Shown here: piece by piece, positions 9,150-18,824 of the stretch | How positions within the stretch are numbered: position 1 is the first letter of the stretch | How the letters are laid out: the number at the start of each line of letters is the position of its first letter | Origin: a virus | IMG/VR virus record: IMGVR_UViG_3300020192_000008 | Span: 1-64,000 of that record | Strand: one strand, 5' to 3' | Length of the DNA stretch: 64,000 nt | Notes under the pieces: generated by a model | What the model was told of the DNA's origin: nothing | What the model saw: only the letters and a program-made list of their open reading frames with translations | The model's database searches: none | Made by a program: the position numbers and the translations under genes

Positions 9150-9808
9150 TGGCAATCATTACCAAGCAGACCGGACTCGAGAAGTTGGCCCATGACATCC
9201 GTGAGGGTGCAGAGCTGAGGGTGTACCGTTCACCCGAGGAGAAGAAGAGGCTCGAGGAGAAGTTGCTGGAGATCTCTCAGGGTAAGCTCTTCGACATCAA
9301 CGAGGGGCTCTGGGTCATGCTGCACGATCTCGTCGCCAAGCACTCGCCCTCGGCAGCGAAGTACCTGAGGAGAGTCAGGCACGTGGATGACCGGCACACG
9401 TACGTCATCGTGATGCGTGGAGATTTCGGTGCGTTGGCTAGAGATGGAGGAGATCAAGACGCCCGCATGTTCATCAGCATGCATCCGGGGCTGCTTGAGG
9501 TGGCTGACGTCGTGGCTGGGAGCGGGCACTACACCGCGATGGTGAACCTCTCGATGGAGGAGGAGCTCGAAGAGCAGGTGGAGTTCCTAGTGTCTGACTT
9601 CGAGGAGCTCTGGCTTCTGCGAGGGCCTGTGTGCCCCAACCAAGATGAGGTCCTCGACACGGACCTGTTCTGGGTAGCGCAGACCTTGGAGCTCGAGCAC
9701 TCCTACTGCGACGTGTGCCGCGAGTGCACGAGAGGCGTGCAGAAGAGGCCGCTGCCATCCAAGGCAGACATGCTCCGCCTGCAGAAGGAAGACAAGAAGC
9801 GGAACTGA
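9149..9808 (+). CDS. hypothetical protein, C-terminal Cys cluster
   Basis: 219 aa, CDVCREC motif, followed by terminator. Confidence 0.75.
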   Translation: MAIITKQTGLEKLAHDIREGAELRVYRSPEEKKRLEEKLLEISQGKLFDINEGLWVMLHDLVAKHSPSAAKYLRRVRHVDDRHTYVIVMRGDFGALARDGGDQDARMFISMHPGLLEVADVVAGSGHYTAMVNLSMEEELEEQVEFLVSDFEELWLLRGPVCPNQDEVLDTDLFWVAQTLELEHSYCDVCRECTRGVQKRPLPSKADMLRLQKEDKKRN

Positions 9809-9812
9809 AGCT

Positions 9813-9847
9813 GAGCCCCCTTGCCGGGGGCTCTCTTCTTTTCTAGC
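9813..9847 (+). terminator. hairpin + T-tract + TAGC terminator
   Basis: GAGCCCCC-TTGCC-GGGGGCTC followed by TCTTCTTTTCTAGC. Confidence 0.8.
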
Positions 9848-9850
9848 TCC

Positions 9851-10279
9851 TCAGTCGCCGAAGTAGATGGGCTCGGGACGAAGGTCCTCGTCACTGACCT
9901 CGCCGGCGGCCAGCTTGAGAGCACGCTCATTGGCATCGAGCTCCTTGAAGGGGGTGTTCTCAAGGCGCCATGCCTTGTACGCCTGCATGAACTCGATGAG
10001 CCCGTGCATGACCCAGAGCTCCCCCTCGAGGGTCTGAAGGTAGCCGTCCACCTGGCCTGAGGGATCTCTCTCGAAGGAGTGAACGTTGTTCACGAAGTCC
10101 CTGGCGAGTAGCCCACGAGTAGCCCTGTTCTGGATGTTCGAGCGCACCTCCAGGAAGAAGATGCTCTCGTGGAAGGCCTGGGTGTTCTGGTCGTGCGTGC
10201 GTGCGAGGAGCTCGTAGTTACGCTCCAGGGTCGCCAGACGCATCTCCGTCGTCGTCGGGGTGTGCGATTCGCTTGACAT
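9851..10279 (-). CDS. hypothetical protein
   Basis: ATG 10279 with SD GAGGAAAG (alternative start 10243); the longer track ORF has an in-frame TTA at 10409 in its spurious 5' extension. Confidence 0.7.
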   Translation of the reverse strand: MSSESHTPTTTEMRLATLERNYELLARTHDQNTQAFHESIFFLEVRSNIQNRATRGLLARDFVNNVHSFERDPSGQVDGYLQTLEGELWVMHGLIEFMQAYKAWRLENTPFKELDANERALKLAAGEVSDEDLRPEPIYFGD

Positions 10280-10520
10280 CTTTCCTCGTGTGGTCGAACT
10301 GAGCGAGCTCAAGGCCGAGTCTTCGGTCTTCTTCTTCAAGGCGGAGGAGCGTTTCTGCGAGGGCATCTTGAGGGATCTCGCTGAGCGCACGCGGGGCTTC
10401 GTCACAGATAAGCTTCTCTTTCGGGTTGCCATCATGCTCGATGTACTTCTCCAACAGGTGCCGCTTGAGAGCGGCAAAGATGGAGCGTTGGTAGGCAAGG
10501 GCGAGGTACTCGGAGTTCAT
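10218..10520 (-). CDS. hypothetical protein
   Basis: ATGA overlap with the upstream gene. Confidence 0.7.
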   Translation of the reverse strand: MNSEYLALAYQRSIFAALKRHLLEKYIEHDGNPKEKLICDEAPRALSEIPQDALAETLLRLEEEDRRLGLELAQFDHTRKDVKRIAHPDDDGDASGDPGA

Positions 10521-11182
10521 GCTGTAAGAAAAGCATAGAACCGTTTGAGAAGGTCCGCCCCCGCTGCAGTGTCTTTGATGATGTTCCGAAGAGGGTAGAC
10601 ATTGGGGATTCGGGCAGCCCGGCTCTTCGCCAGCTTCTCCCCACCCCGGTCGCGCTCCTGCTCGAGGTGAGCGGCATAGCGGATGTCATCGGGAGCGTAC
10701 TTCAGAGAGATGTCCGAGTTCAGCCCCAGCCGGGTGTAGTACATGAACACTAGGCGTGCCCAGTCGTTCATCGAATGCCGGCCAAGAACCTCACCGATGA
10801 CGTCGCCGCCCTGCCACGTGGTCTGGCAAGAAGGGCACACCAGAAAGCCGTAGGCATTCATAGCGAAGGGGATGATCGCCTCGCAGGTGCCCCGCTTGAG
10901 CTGCTTGCTTGGGCAGAAGTACACCTTCGCATCTCCACCACCGTGGAGCATGGAGCCCGACTCCCAGAACGACAGGCACCCAGGGATGGGGTACTTGTTG
11001 GAGCGGGCCTTACCGAAGAAGAGCTCGATGCGGTACTTGGCCCGTTGCTCCTGGGTCAAGATCTTGTCGAGAGCAGCGATGCGCTGCTGCATCCCATGCT
11101 TGTCTTCTTCAGTCAGCTCGGGGGCCGACTCGATGGGGTTGTCTTCCCCGTACTTGATTTCCTGCGCCGATGCTTTTGGCAT
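10517..11182 (-). CDS. putative zinc-ribbon protein
   Basis: FCP..C and CPSC motifs; operonic position. Confidence 0.7.
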   Translation of the reverse strand: MPKASAQEIKYGEDNPIESAPELTEEDKHGMQQRIAALDKILTQEQRAKYRIELFFGKARSNKYPIPGCLSFWESGSMLHGGGDAKVYFCPSKQLKRGTCEAIIPFAMNAYGFLVCPSCQTTWQGGDVIGEVLGRHSMNDWARLVFMYYTRLGLNSDISLKYAPDDIRYAAHLEQERDRGGEKLAKSRAARIPNVYPLRNIIKDTAAGADLLKRFYAFLTA

Positions 11183-11185
11183 GAC

Positions 11186-11629
11186 TTACCTTCCCAGCTT
11201 TCGGGACAAGATCTCCGGCACCCCACCATCACCCATGATGTTGGTTGCCCCCTTGCCGTTCGCGTTGTGTGTTCGTGCGCCGGCGAGAGGGAACTCGCTG
11301 ATCTCCACGCGGTTGGGCTTGGGAGAGTTCATCAGGGACTCGATGATGGAGGCGATCTGGTTGTTCATGGCAGGGGCCTGAAAGATGAGCCTCCAGGCGT
11401 AGATCATCTTGTGGTCTTGGTCACGCAAGAAGTACTTCTTGGAAGCATCAAGCTTCCACTGCATGCGCTCGCTGTCATGCAGAAGCCTCTGCAGAACCAG
11501 GACCCACTGGTTGCTGGCGTTCGGCGGCACCCGGCCCAGGATGCGGATCTGCCCCTCGCTCGCGTTCGTATCGAGCGTCTGGAAGCCCGTCTTCTGCATC
11601 AGCGCGGTCTTGAGTTCAGCAACGCTCAT
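11186..11629 (-). CDS. hypothetical protein
   Basis: TGATG coupling, GC3 bias. Confidence 0.75.
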   Translation of the reverse strand: MSVAELKTALMQKTGFQTLDTNASEGQIRILGRVPPNASNQWVLVLQRLLHDSERMQWKLDASKKYFLRDQDHKMIYAWRLIFQAPAMNNQIASIIESLMNSPKPNRVEISEFPLAGARTHNANGKGATNIMGDGGVPEILSRKLGR

Positions 11630-12114
11630 CAGGCCCTCGACCGCGTGCAGACGATGAAGGCCTTGTTCTTCCCGTAGTAGTGCTCACGTAGCGAGGAGAA
11701 GTAGATCTTGTCCCCTTCCGACTCGAGGAAGCTCTCGCCGTTGGTCAGCACGTCCGTGATGTCCTCAGGCTTGCTCCACGCGATGATGTACTCACCGCTT
11801 GGCGTCATGCCGTAGAACGTCGGGTAGCTGCCCTCCTGGTCTTCGTACTTCAGGTGAATGTCACCATTACGAATCGAGGCGATGTACTGAGGGATGAGGT
11901 CGAGGTCTGTCTCCCTGGTGAGAAGGTAACCCTCCTCCTGGATGGCCTTCTCGATGGCCTGACAGAAGAGCTCCGGCTTGTAGACCTGAAGACCCGCTTC
12001 AGTCTCTTCAGACTCTTCTCGCGGGGGTAGAGGCGCACCCCAGCGAAGCATCTCCTGAAGCACCGACTCTTCGAGAATCCCCGAGCCGATCATGATCTCC
12101 GTGAGCGTCTTCAT
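11629..12114 (-). CDS. hypothetical protein
   Basis: ATGA coupling, GC3 bias. Confidence 0.75.
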   Translation of the reverse strand: MKTLTEIMIGSGILEESVLQEMLRWGAPLPPREESEETEAGLQVYKPELFCQAIEKAIQEEGYLLTRETDLDLIPQYIASIRNGDIHLKYEDQEGSYPTFYGMTPSGEYIIAWSKPEDITDVLTNGESFLESEGDKIYFSSLREHYYGKNKAFIVCTRSRA

Positions 12115-12728
12115 GGCATTACCTTTGCGAAGTCCTTACCAGCGCCAACATCAACCTCAAAGCCACCAACAGGAGGGGCGCTGACCTTCCCCTTCTCCGG
12201 CATCACCGCCTTGTAGGACTTCTGCACATCCACCATCCCAGACCCAGGACCAAACGCCGCGCACAGGAAGAGGGCTGAGTCCTCGAGGATGGCGTCCCTG
12301 TAGAACGGCAGCCCGTAGACCAGGTCCTTGTGGAACTTCACCCCGCACGTATCGCTGTGCCACTCATGGAAGACCGACTTCGTCCCCGACACGAACGCTA
12401 CCGGGTAAAGCCCGTCATCCTGCATGGCCTGGAACATACGGGCCACCACGATAGAGGCGGAGCTCGCATCACCCTCAGGCACCTCGTCGATCTGCCCGTT
12501 ACGCAAGATCGCTGAGGGGGTGAGCGTCTTCATCTCGACGTCCACGTGCCGGCCGTCTTCCCCCGGCCGGACGTACCTCTTGTAAGAGAGCTGACCGCGG
12601 GAGTCGATGTTCAGGTTCATCAGCCGAGGAAGAACAAGAAGCTTCCGCAGCAGGACCATGAAGCCATCTACCCCAAGGTGCTTGGGCACCTGGATAGTCT
12701 CCTCGAACAGCTCTAGCTCTTGGTTCAT
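12111..12728 (-). CDS. hypothetical protein
   Basis: ATGA coupling, GC3 bias. Confidence 0.75.
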   Translation of the reverse strand: MNQELELFEETIQVPKHLGVDGFMVLLRKLLVLPRLMNLNIDSRGQLSYKRYVRPGEDGRHVDVEMKTLTPSAILRNGQIDEVPEGDASSASIVVARMFQAMQDDGLYPVAFVSGTKSVFHEWHSDTCGVKFHKDLVYGLPFYRDAILEDSALFLCAAFGPGSGMVDVQKSYKAVMPEKGKVSAPPVGGFEVDVGAGKDFAKVMP

Positions 12729-12910
12729 GCCTGCTCCACTCCTAGCTCTTCATCTGTCTTGGGCCGGGTCTCATCCTCTTTCCGTACGAGCTCGATGAAG
12801 AACATCTCAGCAAGCTTCGTGACGGTAAGGTTTCTGCTCTGAGCAATCTCAGTCACCCTCTTCTTGAGGTTTCGATCTACGCGCAGATGGATGCGTTCGT
12901 CCTTGGACAT
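12725..12910 (-). CDS. ribbon-helix-helix (CopG/Arc-like) DNA-binding protein
   Basis: RIHLRVD beta-strand followed by two helices (LKKRVTEIAQSRNLTVTKLAEMFF); 61 aa. Confidence 0.7.
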   Translation of the reverse strand: MSKDERIHLRVDRNLKKRVTEIAQSRNLTVTKLAEMFFIELVRKEDETRPKTDEELGVEQA

Positions 12911-13164
12911 AACAGCTCGAGATACTTGAGAGCGTCGATCTGCTCCCTCAGACCTTTGATCTTCGGGAACCTCTCCTCGAGGTAGTCGACGACGATGTCG
13001 TGGGCCTGCTGAAGACCCTCCTCGTTGATTGGCAGACCCTCGATCTTGGCTGCGAGCTGACCCTCCATCTCCTTCTTCAAGATCGTATTGATACCGATCC
13101 AGGTGGGGAGATGAAGCCAGTTGAGCTCGAGCGTACCGATGTCAGTCGGGACTACGGCGTGCAC
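12910..13164 (-). CDS. hypothetical protein, TTA-terminated
   Basis: In-frame TTA overlaps the next ATG (TTATG). Confidence 0.65.
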
Positions 13165-13819
13165 GGATCTTCTCTTTCGCCTGGTTCACCAGGTCCTTGA
13201 GGATGGCCTTCCCCTCTTCATGCAGAGACTGAAGGAAGAGAGAGGCGCGGTGCTTCACGAAGCTGACCCTCTGCTCGATGGTCGGTTCAGGCTCTGGAGC
13301 AGGAGGGGGCGGAGGTGGCATGACCTTGCCCATGAGCGCATCAAGCAGTTCTTGCTCGAGGCTAGAGAGGCTGTCTACGTGGTTGTCTCGCATGTACCTA
13401 TCGAACTCCCTCTGCAGCTCTCGCCTCACTTCAGGGGCACGCCGGTTGGAGCGGATGCCCGAGAGAGGGAACTCGACAACCTCATGCATGGGGTCATCCA
13501 TGTGGTCATCGAGGGGGATCTTCCATCCCTCAGGAGCCGTCAGGCAGTAGAGCGGGACCTTGCGCTCGGGCTTGGTGAACCTCTTGGGGCCGAACTTGCG
13601 CTCCTTGAGGATGCGCAGAGACTCGAGCACCACGTTCTCGACCTCGTGCTGGTCATCGAAGTTCAGAAGCAGTTGCCTGGCAGCGGCATCGAACTTCGTG
13701 AACTTCTCTTCGGTGGTGAGCTCAGGGGGGAGGGTAGTACCAGCAGCGGCGTCTTCATGCTCGAGGCGTTCTTTGAACGGCCTTGGCTTGGCTGTCTTAG
13801 AAGTAGGGAGCCTACCCAT
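13142..13819 (-). CDS. hypothetical protein with Pro-rich linker
   Basis: Its ATG overlaps the TTA ending GroES. Confidence 0.75.
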   Translation of the reverse strand: MGRLPTSKTAKPRPFKERLEHEDAAAGTTLPPELTTEEKFTKFDAAARQLLLNFDDQHEVENVVLESLRILKERKFGPKRFTKPERKVPLYCLTAPEGWKIPLDDHMDDPMHEVVEFPLSGIRSNRRAPEVRRELQREFDRYMRDNHVDSLSSLEQELLDALMGKVMPPPPPPAPEPEPTIEQRVSFVKHRASLFLQSLHEEGKAILKDLVNQAKEKIRARRSPD

Positions 13820-14130
13820 AAGACGTCCACCCGCACATCACCATCGTAGGCAAAGAGAATGTCGGCCACGCGGATGGTGGCGACGTCCTTGCCGTGCTCA
13901 TCGCTGAGCTCACGGATGGCCTTGATGGTCTGCTTGCCGGGGCGGTGCTCCTCGTGCCAGCGGATGTAGGCCACCTTCTCGCCGACCTTGAGGTCCTTGA
14001 CCTTGGGGCCGACGGCGATGACAACGCCCTTGCGAACGTTCGTCTCGTTGATGACGAACTCGATGATGGAGCTCTTCTGATCGAACTGCTCCACCTCTAC
14101 GAGAATCCAGTCGTGCAGGGGGCGGATCAT
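13819..14130 (-). CDS. groES: co-chaperonin GroES (103 aa when TTA is read as stop)
   Basis: MIRPLHDWILVE, GVVIAVGP, LKVGEKV and DILF motifs; the domain ends right at TTATG. Confidence 0.85.
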
Positions 14131-14131
14131 C

Positions 14132-14458
14132 TCAGACCTCCACGTCGTCCTTCGAGGGGACGGCAGGGCCAGCAGCGCCGGCGCCCTTGCGAGCCTTGAG
14201 CTCGTTGACGATGGAGTCGCTCATCTCCTGGCGGAAGGGCTTGAGGGCGCTCGTCCACTGCTCAGCGTTGGGGGCGAGCCATGCCTTGCCGCCGCAGACC
14301 ACGATGACAGCGGTGTGCTTGCGACCCGACTCATCCCCCCACTCGACGAGCGCGTGCTCGACGGAGGTGATGTTCGTGATGGTGTTGACCGGCGCCTGCT
14401 CGGTCGACTGGTTCTCGGGGATGCGGACGCCTTGGTGACGGATGCCGTTGTTATCCAT
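14132..14458 (-). CDS. hypothetical protein
   Basis: GC3 bias, operonic position. Confidence 0.75.
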   Translation of the reverse strand: MDNNGIRHQGVRIPENQSTEQAPVNTITNITSVEHALVEWGDESGRKHTAVIVVCGGKAWLAPNAEQWTSALKPFRQEMSDSIVNELKARKGAGAAGPAVPSKDDVEV

Positions 14459-14834
14459 GGATGCTCTCTTTCTCTTTCAGGTACTTGTCGAACAGATGCC
14501 CGAGCTCATTGTGGGGAATCCAGATCCCAAAAGGGTTCCAAGGGCGGGGCAGGAAGTAGGACTGGGTGCCCTCAGCAAGCACGTCGTACGTGCTCACGCC
14601 TGCCCAAGAAGACTTCTCGTTGTGGTCAGCGATACGCATCGATGACCCGCACTTCGGGTTGGAGCAGAAGTAGCTGTCCTGCCGAACGGGACACCAACGA
14701 CCGCAACACACGCACTCAACCTCTTCGCCGTTCTTACGCACCCTGCGCTTGATGTAGACGTTGTCACCGAAGGACTCGGAGAGCGTGGCGTAGCCAGCGC
14801 GGAGGGTCGGGGGGTTAGGGGCTTCGTTCGTCAT
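14451..14834 (-). CDS. zinc-ribbon protein
   Basis: CVCC...CSNPKC motifs. Confidence 0.7.
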   Translation of the reverse strand: MTNEAPNPPTLRAGYATLSESFGDNVYIKRRVRKNGEEVECVCCGRWCPVRQDSYFCSNPKCGSSMRIADHNEKSSWAGVSTYDVLAEGTQSYFLPRPWNPFGIWIPHNELGHLFDKYLKEKESIHG

Positions 14835-15285
14835 GACTCTTCACGTAGGAGTGAGGCTTGGTGATGCGGTAAACGACAGCACCTTCGGGGGCCGAGGCCA
14901 CGTAAAGGCGGCTGCCATCTACGAACTCGAAGTACTCGATACACGATCGGGTGGTGCCGCCAAGGTTCTTGACGGCGATGTTCTTGAGCTTCTTCTTGAA
15001 CTGCTCTTGAACAGCGGCTGATGTGCAGTCGGTTTCTTCGGGGGTGCCGAAGCCGTGCTGCGCTGCAAGCATCTCGGTTGGAGACAGGTCTCGTACCCTG
15101 AACTTCGCCAGGTCCAGGACACTGAGGCTCTCCTCCACCAGACCGGCGCAGTTCTTCTCACACTCGATGCAGGTGTACTTGTCTGGCCAGAAGTCAGAGC
15201 CTTGGCCAATCAGGGAGGAGACCTCCATCTCCTCTCCCATCACTCGCACAGCCAGAAGGCAAGAGAAGCAGGGGACGAGGATCAT
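14815..15285 (-). CDS. zinc-binding protein
   Basis: CFSC...CIEC motifs. Confidence 0.7.
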   Translation of the reverse strand: MILVPCFSCLLAVRVMGEEMEVSSLIGQGSDFWPDKYTCIECEKNCAGLVEESLSVLDLAKFRVRDLSPTEMLAAQHGFGTPEETDCTSAAVQEQFKKKLKNIAVKNLGGTTRSCIEYFEFVDGSRLYVASAPEGAVVYRITKPHSYVKSHDERSP

Positions 15286-15860
15286 GCCTGACCTACGCCG
15301 TCTTCATCTGCGTCGCCACTGGTGCCGCCCACAACGCTGGCCGGGTCTACCCCGCCGTTGTTTGGCACGATGGGGTAGCCGTGCGAGTCCATGGGCACGT
15401 TGACCATGCGGGTGGGCTGCTTGCTGCGCTTCTTCTTCTTCTGCTTCTCAGCCTCACGGTAGGCGCGGGCCTGGGCATCAGCGCCCATGGCCTCGTGGTG
15501 AGGAACGGGCTCTTCAGCTTCATCCTCTTCCACACGTGGAGGGGCAGAGCCTGGGGGGCCTATCCAGCCGCTGGCCTCTTCGCCCACATCGCCACCGAAC
15601 TCGATGGCCATCGAGCCATCGTTCTGGGCCCGTGGCTCTTCACGCCGGCGCTGAGGCTGTTGCTGACGGGGCTCTTCCCTCTCCATGGGAGGAGGGGGAG
15701 GGGACCCGTTCAGGGCTGCAGCCACCGAGCGTGCAGAGTCTTCGGAGATGAGCGCCTTGACGATGCCCCCGTTGGGCAGCCTGAAGATCAAGAAGTTGGT
15801 GATGGACCCATCCTCGAGGGACAGGTCCTGGCTGATGGTCAGCAGGTCCGCTTTCATCAT
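15282..15860 (-). CDS. hypothetical protein, low-complexity
   Basis: ATGA coupling at both ends. Confidence 0.7.
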   Translation of the reverse strand: MMKADLLTISQDLSLEDGSITNFLIFRLPNGGIVKALISEDSARSVAAALNGSPPPPPMEREEPRQQQPQRRREEPRAQNDGSMAIEFGGDVGEEASGWIGPPGSAPPRVEEDEAEEPVPHHEAMGADAQARAYREAEKQKKKKRSKQPTRMVNVPMDSHGYPIVPNNGGVDPASVVGGTSGDADEDGVGQA

Positions 15861-16144
15861 CGCCTCAGGGAGGGGTCGAGAGGCGGGCGGGCACCACGTG
15901 CAGCGTCAGCTGTCGCGTTCTGCTTGGACGTAGCCAGAACAACCAGGTGCTTGGCCATCTTGTGGGCGCTGGTCAGCACCATGCAGTGAGCCCACTGCTG
16001 GCTCTCATAGTCCCGCCCATCAGGTACAGGGGTCTGAAACGCCATGCACTCAGCCGTACAAGGCCTCGAGCCATCGATGAAGCAGAACTTCTCCGACCCA
16101 ACGAGGCGTACATCCTCCGGTGTGAAAGGCTCTTCAGGAGGCAT
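15857..16144 (-). CDS. small Cys-containing protein
   Basis: C-x7-CxxxC...C pattern. Confidence 0.65.
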   Translation of the reverse strand: MPPEEPFTPEDVRLVGSEKFCFIDGSRPCTAECMAFQTPVPDGRDYESQQWAHCMVLTSAHKMAKHLVVLATSKQNATADAARGARPPLDPSLRR

Positions 16145-16508
16145 TCTTCCTCTTCTCTTCTTCGATCTTCACGCGCTCTACAAAGAGAGCCTGAAGCGTG
16201 GCTGCAGCTGAGACCCGCAGGTAGCGCTCGAGCTCCTTGGTATGATCCAAGAACCCGAAGTCCTTGAGCATCTTGCCCAGAGGCAGGGCCATATGTTGCG
16301 CCATGCAGAGCAGCAGCTGCCGTCCGAACACCCGCACGATCTCCTCCGGAGACCCCGCGTTGTTCTCGAACTGATGAGCTGTCATCTGCTCCTTCTGGCC
16401 CTTCCAATCGCACGACTGACAGCTAGCTGCCCCACCAGCAAGACTCGAGTAGGTAACCCGAGGGCTCATGCAGTCTGGACAAAAGTATGCAACGTCGACT
16501 GCCATCAC
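16134..16508 (-). CDS. zinc-ribbon protein
   Basis: CPDC...CQSC motifs. Confidence 0.7.
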   Translation of the reverse strand: MMAVDVAYFCPDCMSPRVTYSSLAGGAASCQSCDWKGQKEQMTAHQFENNAGSPEEIVRVFGRQLLLCMAQHMALPLGKMLKDFGFLDHTKELERYLRVSAAATLQALFVERVKIEEEKRKNAS

Positions 16509-16945
16509 TTCTTCCTGTTGTTGAAAGCTAGCCGACTGAAGAGCTCTTCTTGGCTCTTCCTGTCAGCCGGAGTCATAGGCTTACTCGGCTGTACCTTCTT
16601 GAGACGACTACGCACAGTCTGTGGCCCCATGCTGCGAACAGACATGGGACCCCTCTGGGTTTCCCTCTCGAGCATGTCCTTGATGTCCTTGTCCTGCCTC
16701 TTCTTGGAGGTCTCGATCCAAGGAAACATAAGCTTGCGGTAGTCCTCGAACTTCTTCACACCCGTGTCCTTGTCAATCGCTATCTGTGCCATCGCCAAGT
16801 CACGCATGTATTCCCGTTCCTCGATCTTGAGCACGTACAACATCATCAGAGACTCCCGAAGCGACCCCTTACGAGGCGGCTCCTTTAGGGTCGAGAACAG
16901 GATCGTTGTTCTCGCCCATCCCTCGGGAGTCTCTAGCCATTTCCC
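16505..16945 (-). CDS. -1 frameshift extension of the upstream tail-assembly-chaperone-like protein (gpGT-like)
   Basis: Frame is open from the slippery site G GGA AAT (16945-16939) through KWLETPEGWAR... into the 16505-16846 ORF. Confidence 0.65.
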   Translation of the reverse strand, partial: GKWLETPEGWARTTILFSTLKEPPRKGSLRESLMMLYVLKIEEREYMRDLAMAQIAIDKDTGVKKFEDYRKLMFPWIETSKKRQDKDIKDMLERETQRGPMSVRSMGPQTVRSRLKKVQPSKPMTPADRKSQEELFSRLAFNNRKK

Positions 16946-18138
16946 AGGCGTTTGGCCTGGACAAGCTTCCGCACCCTGATGTCGAACCAGTAGAAGTGCA
17001 CAGCCAGCGAGGCAACGAGGTGGAAGCCGAGCTTCACCGTGAGGTTGAACTTCTTCCAGAACATACCGTCGTCGAAGTTGCCCTCCTTGTCCAGGTGGTC
17101 TGGCAGGATGTTCCGGTTGAGACGCGACAGCCCGAGGGCCACACCCATGACCGAGTACTTGTCGAGGAAGTACCGGTTGGGAGCATCCGTGAAGTTCTTC
17201 CTCTCTAGTACCAAAAGGCGCTTGAGAGCAAGATCTTCTTCCTGGTTGTACGACTGGAACACCGGCTCGTACTTGCCCGGGATGATTGGCACAGTCTGAC
17301 GGACGCGCCCCGTCATGATGTACTCGTCCAGGTCGAGCGGATCGAGACGTTCCTCCACCAACTGACGCTGCTCGTCGTTGTTGAGGATGTCCTTCATCGT
17401 CATCTCGGCGAAGGTGTTCATGTCGAAGTCGTCGAGATTGCGCATGGCTTTCTCGAACTCCTTCCGCTCTTCGCTGGTGACAGGCTTCTCGGTACCGCCG
17501 GCGATCTTCGCAGCAGCTCCACCGATAGACTCACCCGCCTCCTCAACCGCCTTCTTGTCATCCTGCGACTGGGCAACCTGCTCAGCCTGGTCCTGCAGGT
17601 CCTTGAGAACCTTCAGTCCCTCCTGCGTCTTCTGGCTCAGACCAGGCTTACCGCTTTGCAGCTGCTGTGGAGCCATGAACTTCCCGTTGCGGACGACCCC
17701 GTACTTCATCGCCAGGTGCGGCTGGCTCGACGCGTTCATAGAACCCATGCCGCCCTGATACGAGGGGTCATCTTTGGCCATCTCCGGCAGCAGGTCACCT
17801 GCCATCAGTGCGCTCAGCGGCGACTGAGACGGCGCTGCCTGGTAGCCAGGCGCCAGCGGCTGAGGCTGCGTCGGAGGGGGCGGACCAAAGATACCTCGCT
17901 GCGACATCGGTGAACTCCTCTCGGCCTCTTGTCTCATCGCACGGGCCTGATCGGCCATCGTCATCCCATCACGGTGTGTCCCATCCAGAGGCGGCGTCGG
18001 GGGCGGAGGCCCGCCTGCCACCGGCTGGCTGTACCTGCGCTGCTGGAACCGCTCGGCATACCGAGCAGCTTGCGGGTTGAGGGCAGCTACTTGAGGGTCC
18101 ACATGGGGCCCCTTGTCGTCTGGTCCGCGTCGAGTCAC
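16933..18138 (-). CDS. putative tail assembly chaperone (gpG-like) with long disordered N-terminus
   Basis: GTG 18138 with SD GGAGG and -10 TACACT; ends GGA AAT GGC TAG at a slippery heptamer. Confidence 0.55.
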   Translation of the reverse strand: MTRRGPDDKGPHVDPQVAALNPQAARYAERFQQRRYSQPVAGGPPPPTPPLDGTHRDGMTMADQARAMRQEAERSSPMSQRGIFGPPPPTQPQPLAPGYQAAPSQSPLSALMAGDLLPEMAKDDPSYQGGMGSMNASSQPHLAMKYGVVRNGKFMAPQQLQSGKPGLSQKTQEGLKVLKDLQDQAEQVAQSQDDKKAVEEAGESIGGAAAKIAGGTEKPVTSEERKEFEKAMRNLDDFDMNTFAEMTMKDILNNDEQRQLVEERLDPLDLDEYIMTGRVRQTVPIIPGKYEPVFQSYNQEEDLALKRLLVLERKNFTDAPNRYFLDKYSVMGVALGLSRLNRNILPDHLDKEGNFDDGMFWKKFNLTVKLGFHLVASLAVHFYWFDIRVRKLVQAKRLGNG

Positions 18139-18204
18139 TGATCCTCCGAGAGTGTACGCACGTTGGGCGTACAAGTAGTGGGTATCACGAGAAGAACGAG
18201 GGGG

Positions 18205-18579
18205 TCAACTTACCCCAGCTTCGATCAGAACAATACTGCTGAGTAGGTTCTGGAAGTCTGAGGCGAGCTGGCCGGGCTGCTGGCGCACGAAGACAACCTT
18301 CGCCAACCGCAGCGGCGACCGGTAAGGAACAAGGGGGGTCGAGTAAACCAGGTGGTAAAAAGAAGGGTCTCTGGTGCCCTTCTCCTCCACGAAGACCTGT
18401 CCCAAGATCTCTCGCAGGGATGCCCCCGCAAGAAGCCTTAGGCCAGACTTGTGGCTGAGATGAAGCTGGTGAAACTCGATGCGGTCGATGACCACATCGG
18501 ATGCCTCCCTCTCTTCCGTCTCGAACCTGGATGCTGAAGCCACAACCTCCGAAGAGGAGAACGAAGGGTACAGGTTCAT
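18205..18579 (-). CDS. hypothetical protein
   Basis: ATGA overlap at 18576-18579. Confidence 0.55.
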   Translation of the reverse strand: MNLYPSFSSSEVVASASRFETEEREASDVVIDRIEFHQLHLSHKSGLRLLAGASLREILGQVFVEEKGTRDPSFYHLVYSTPLVPYRSPLRLAKVVFVRQQPGQLASDFQNLLSSIVLIEAGVS

Positions 18580-18824
18580 GTCGAGGGGATCTTGTCGAAG
18601 CCGACGGGCTTCTTCACCACGTCGGCAGCAGGGGCCTTGGTGATCTCCAGCGAGTGGCACTTGCACAGGTGACACTTGCCGAACTCAGGCACGGAGGGGT
18701 CGTAAGGGACGCGCGTCCCAGCCTTCCACCCCGTCGATGTCGAGACGCGAAGCTTGGCCGTACCAGGGCAGCCATCCGTCGTGCACTTCGCTTCGTAGTA
18801 CCCAAGCAAGGGGTCGCGCATCAT
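18576..18824 (-). CDS. zinc-ribbon protein
   Basis: CTTDGC...CHLC motifs. Confidence 0.7.
   Translation of the reverse strand: MMRDPLLGYYEAKCTTDGCPGTAKLRVSTSTGWKAGTRVPYDPSVPEFGKCHLCKCHSLEITKAPAADVVKKPVGFDKIPST

Noticed and set aside
747-9847. CRISPR array or integron attC cassettes from the repeated intergenic motifs
   Set aside because: Repeats are short and irregularly spaced, with no cas or integrase gene and no attC core; promoter/terminator roles fit better
16933-16935. TAG or TGA stop-to-sense recoding
   Set aside because: TAG and TGA end many genes at normal boundaries and long genes are intact; the TAG at 16933 is explained by a -1 frameshift because the downstream ORF is in a different frame
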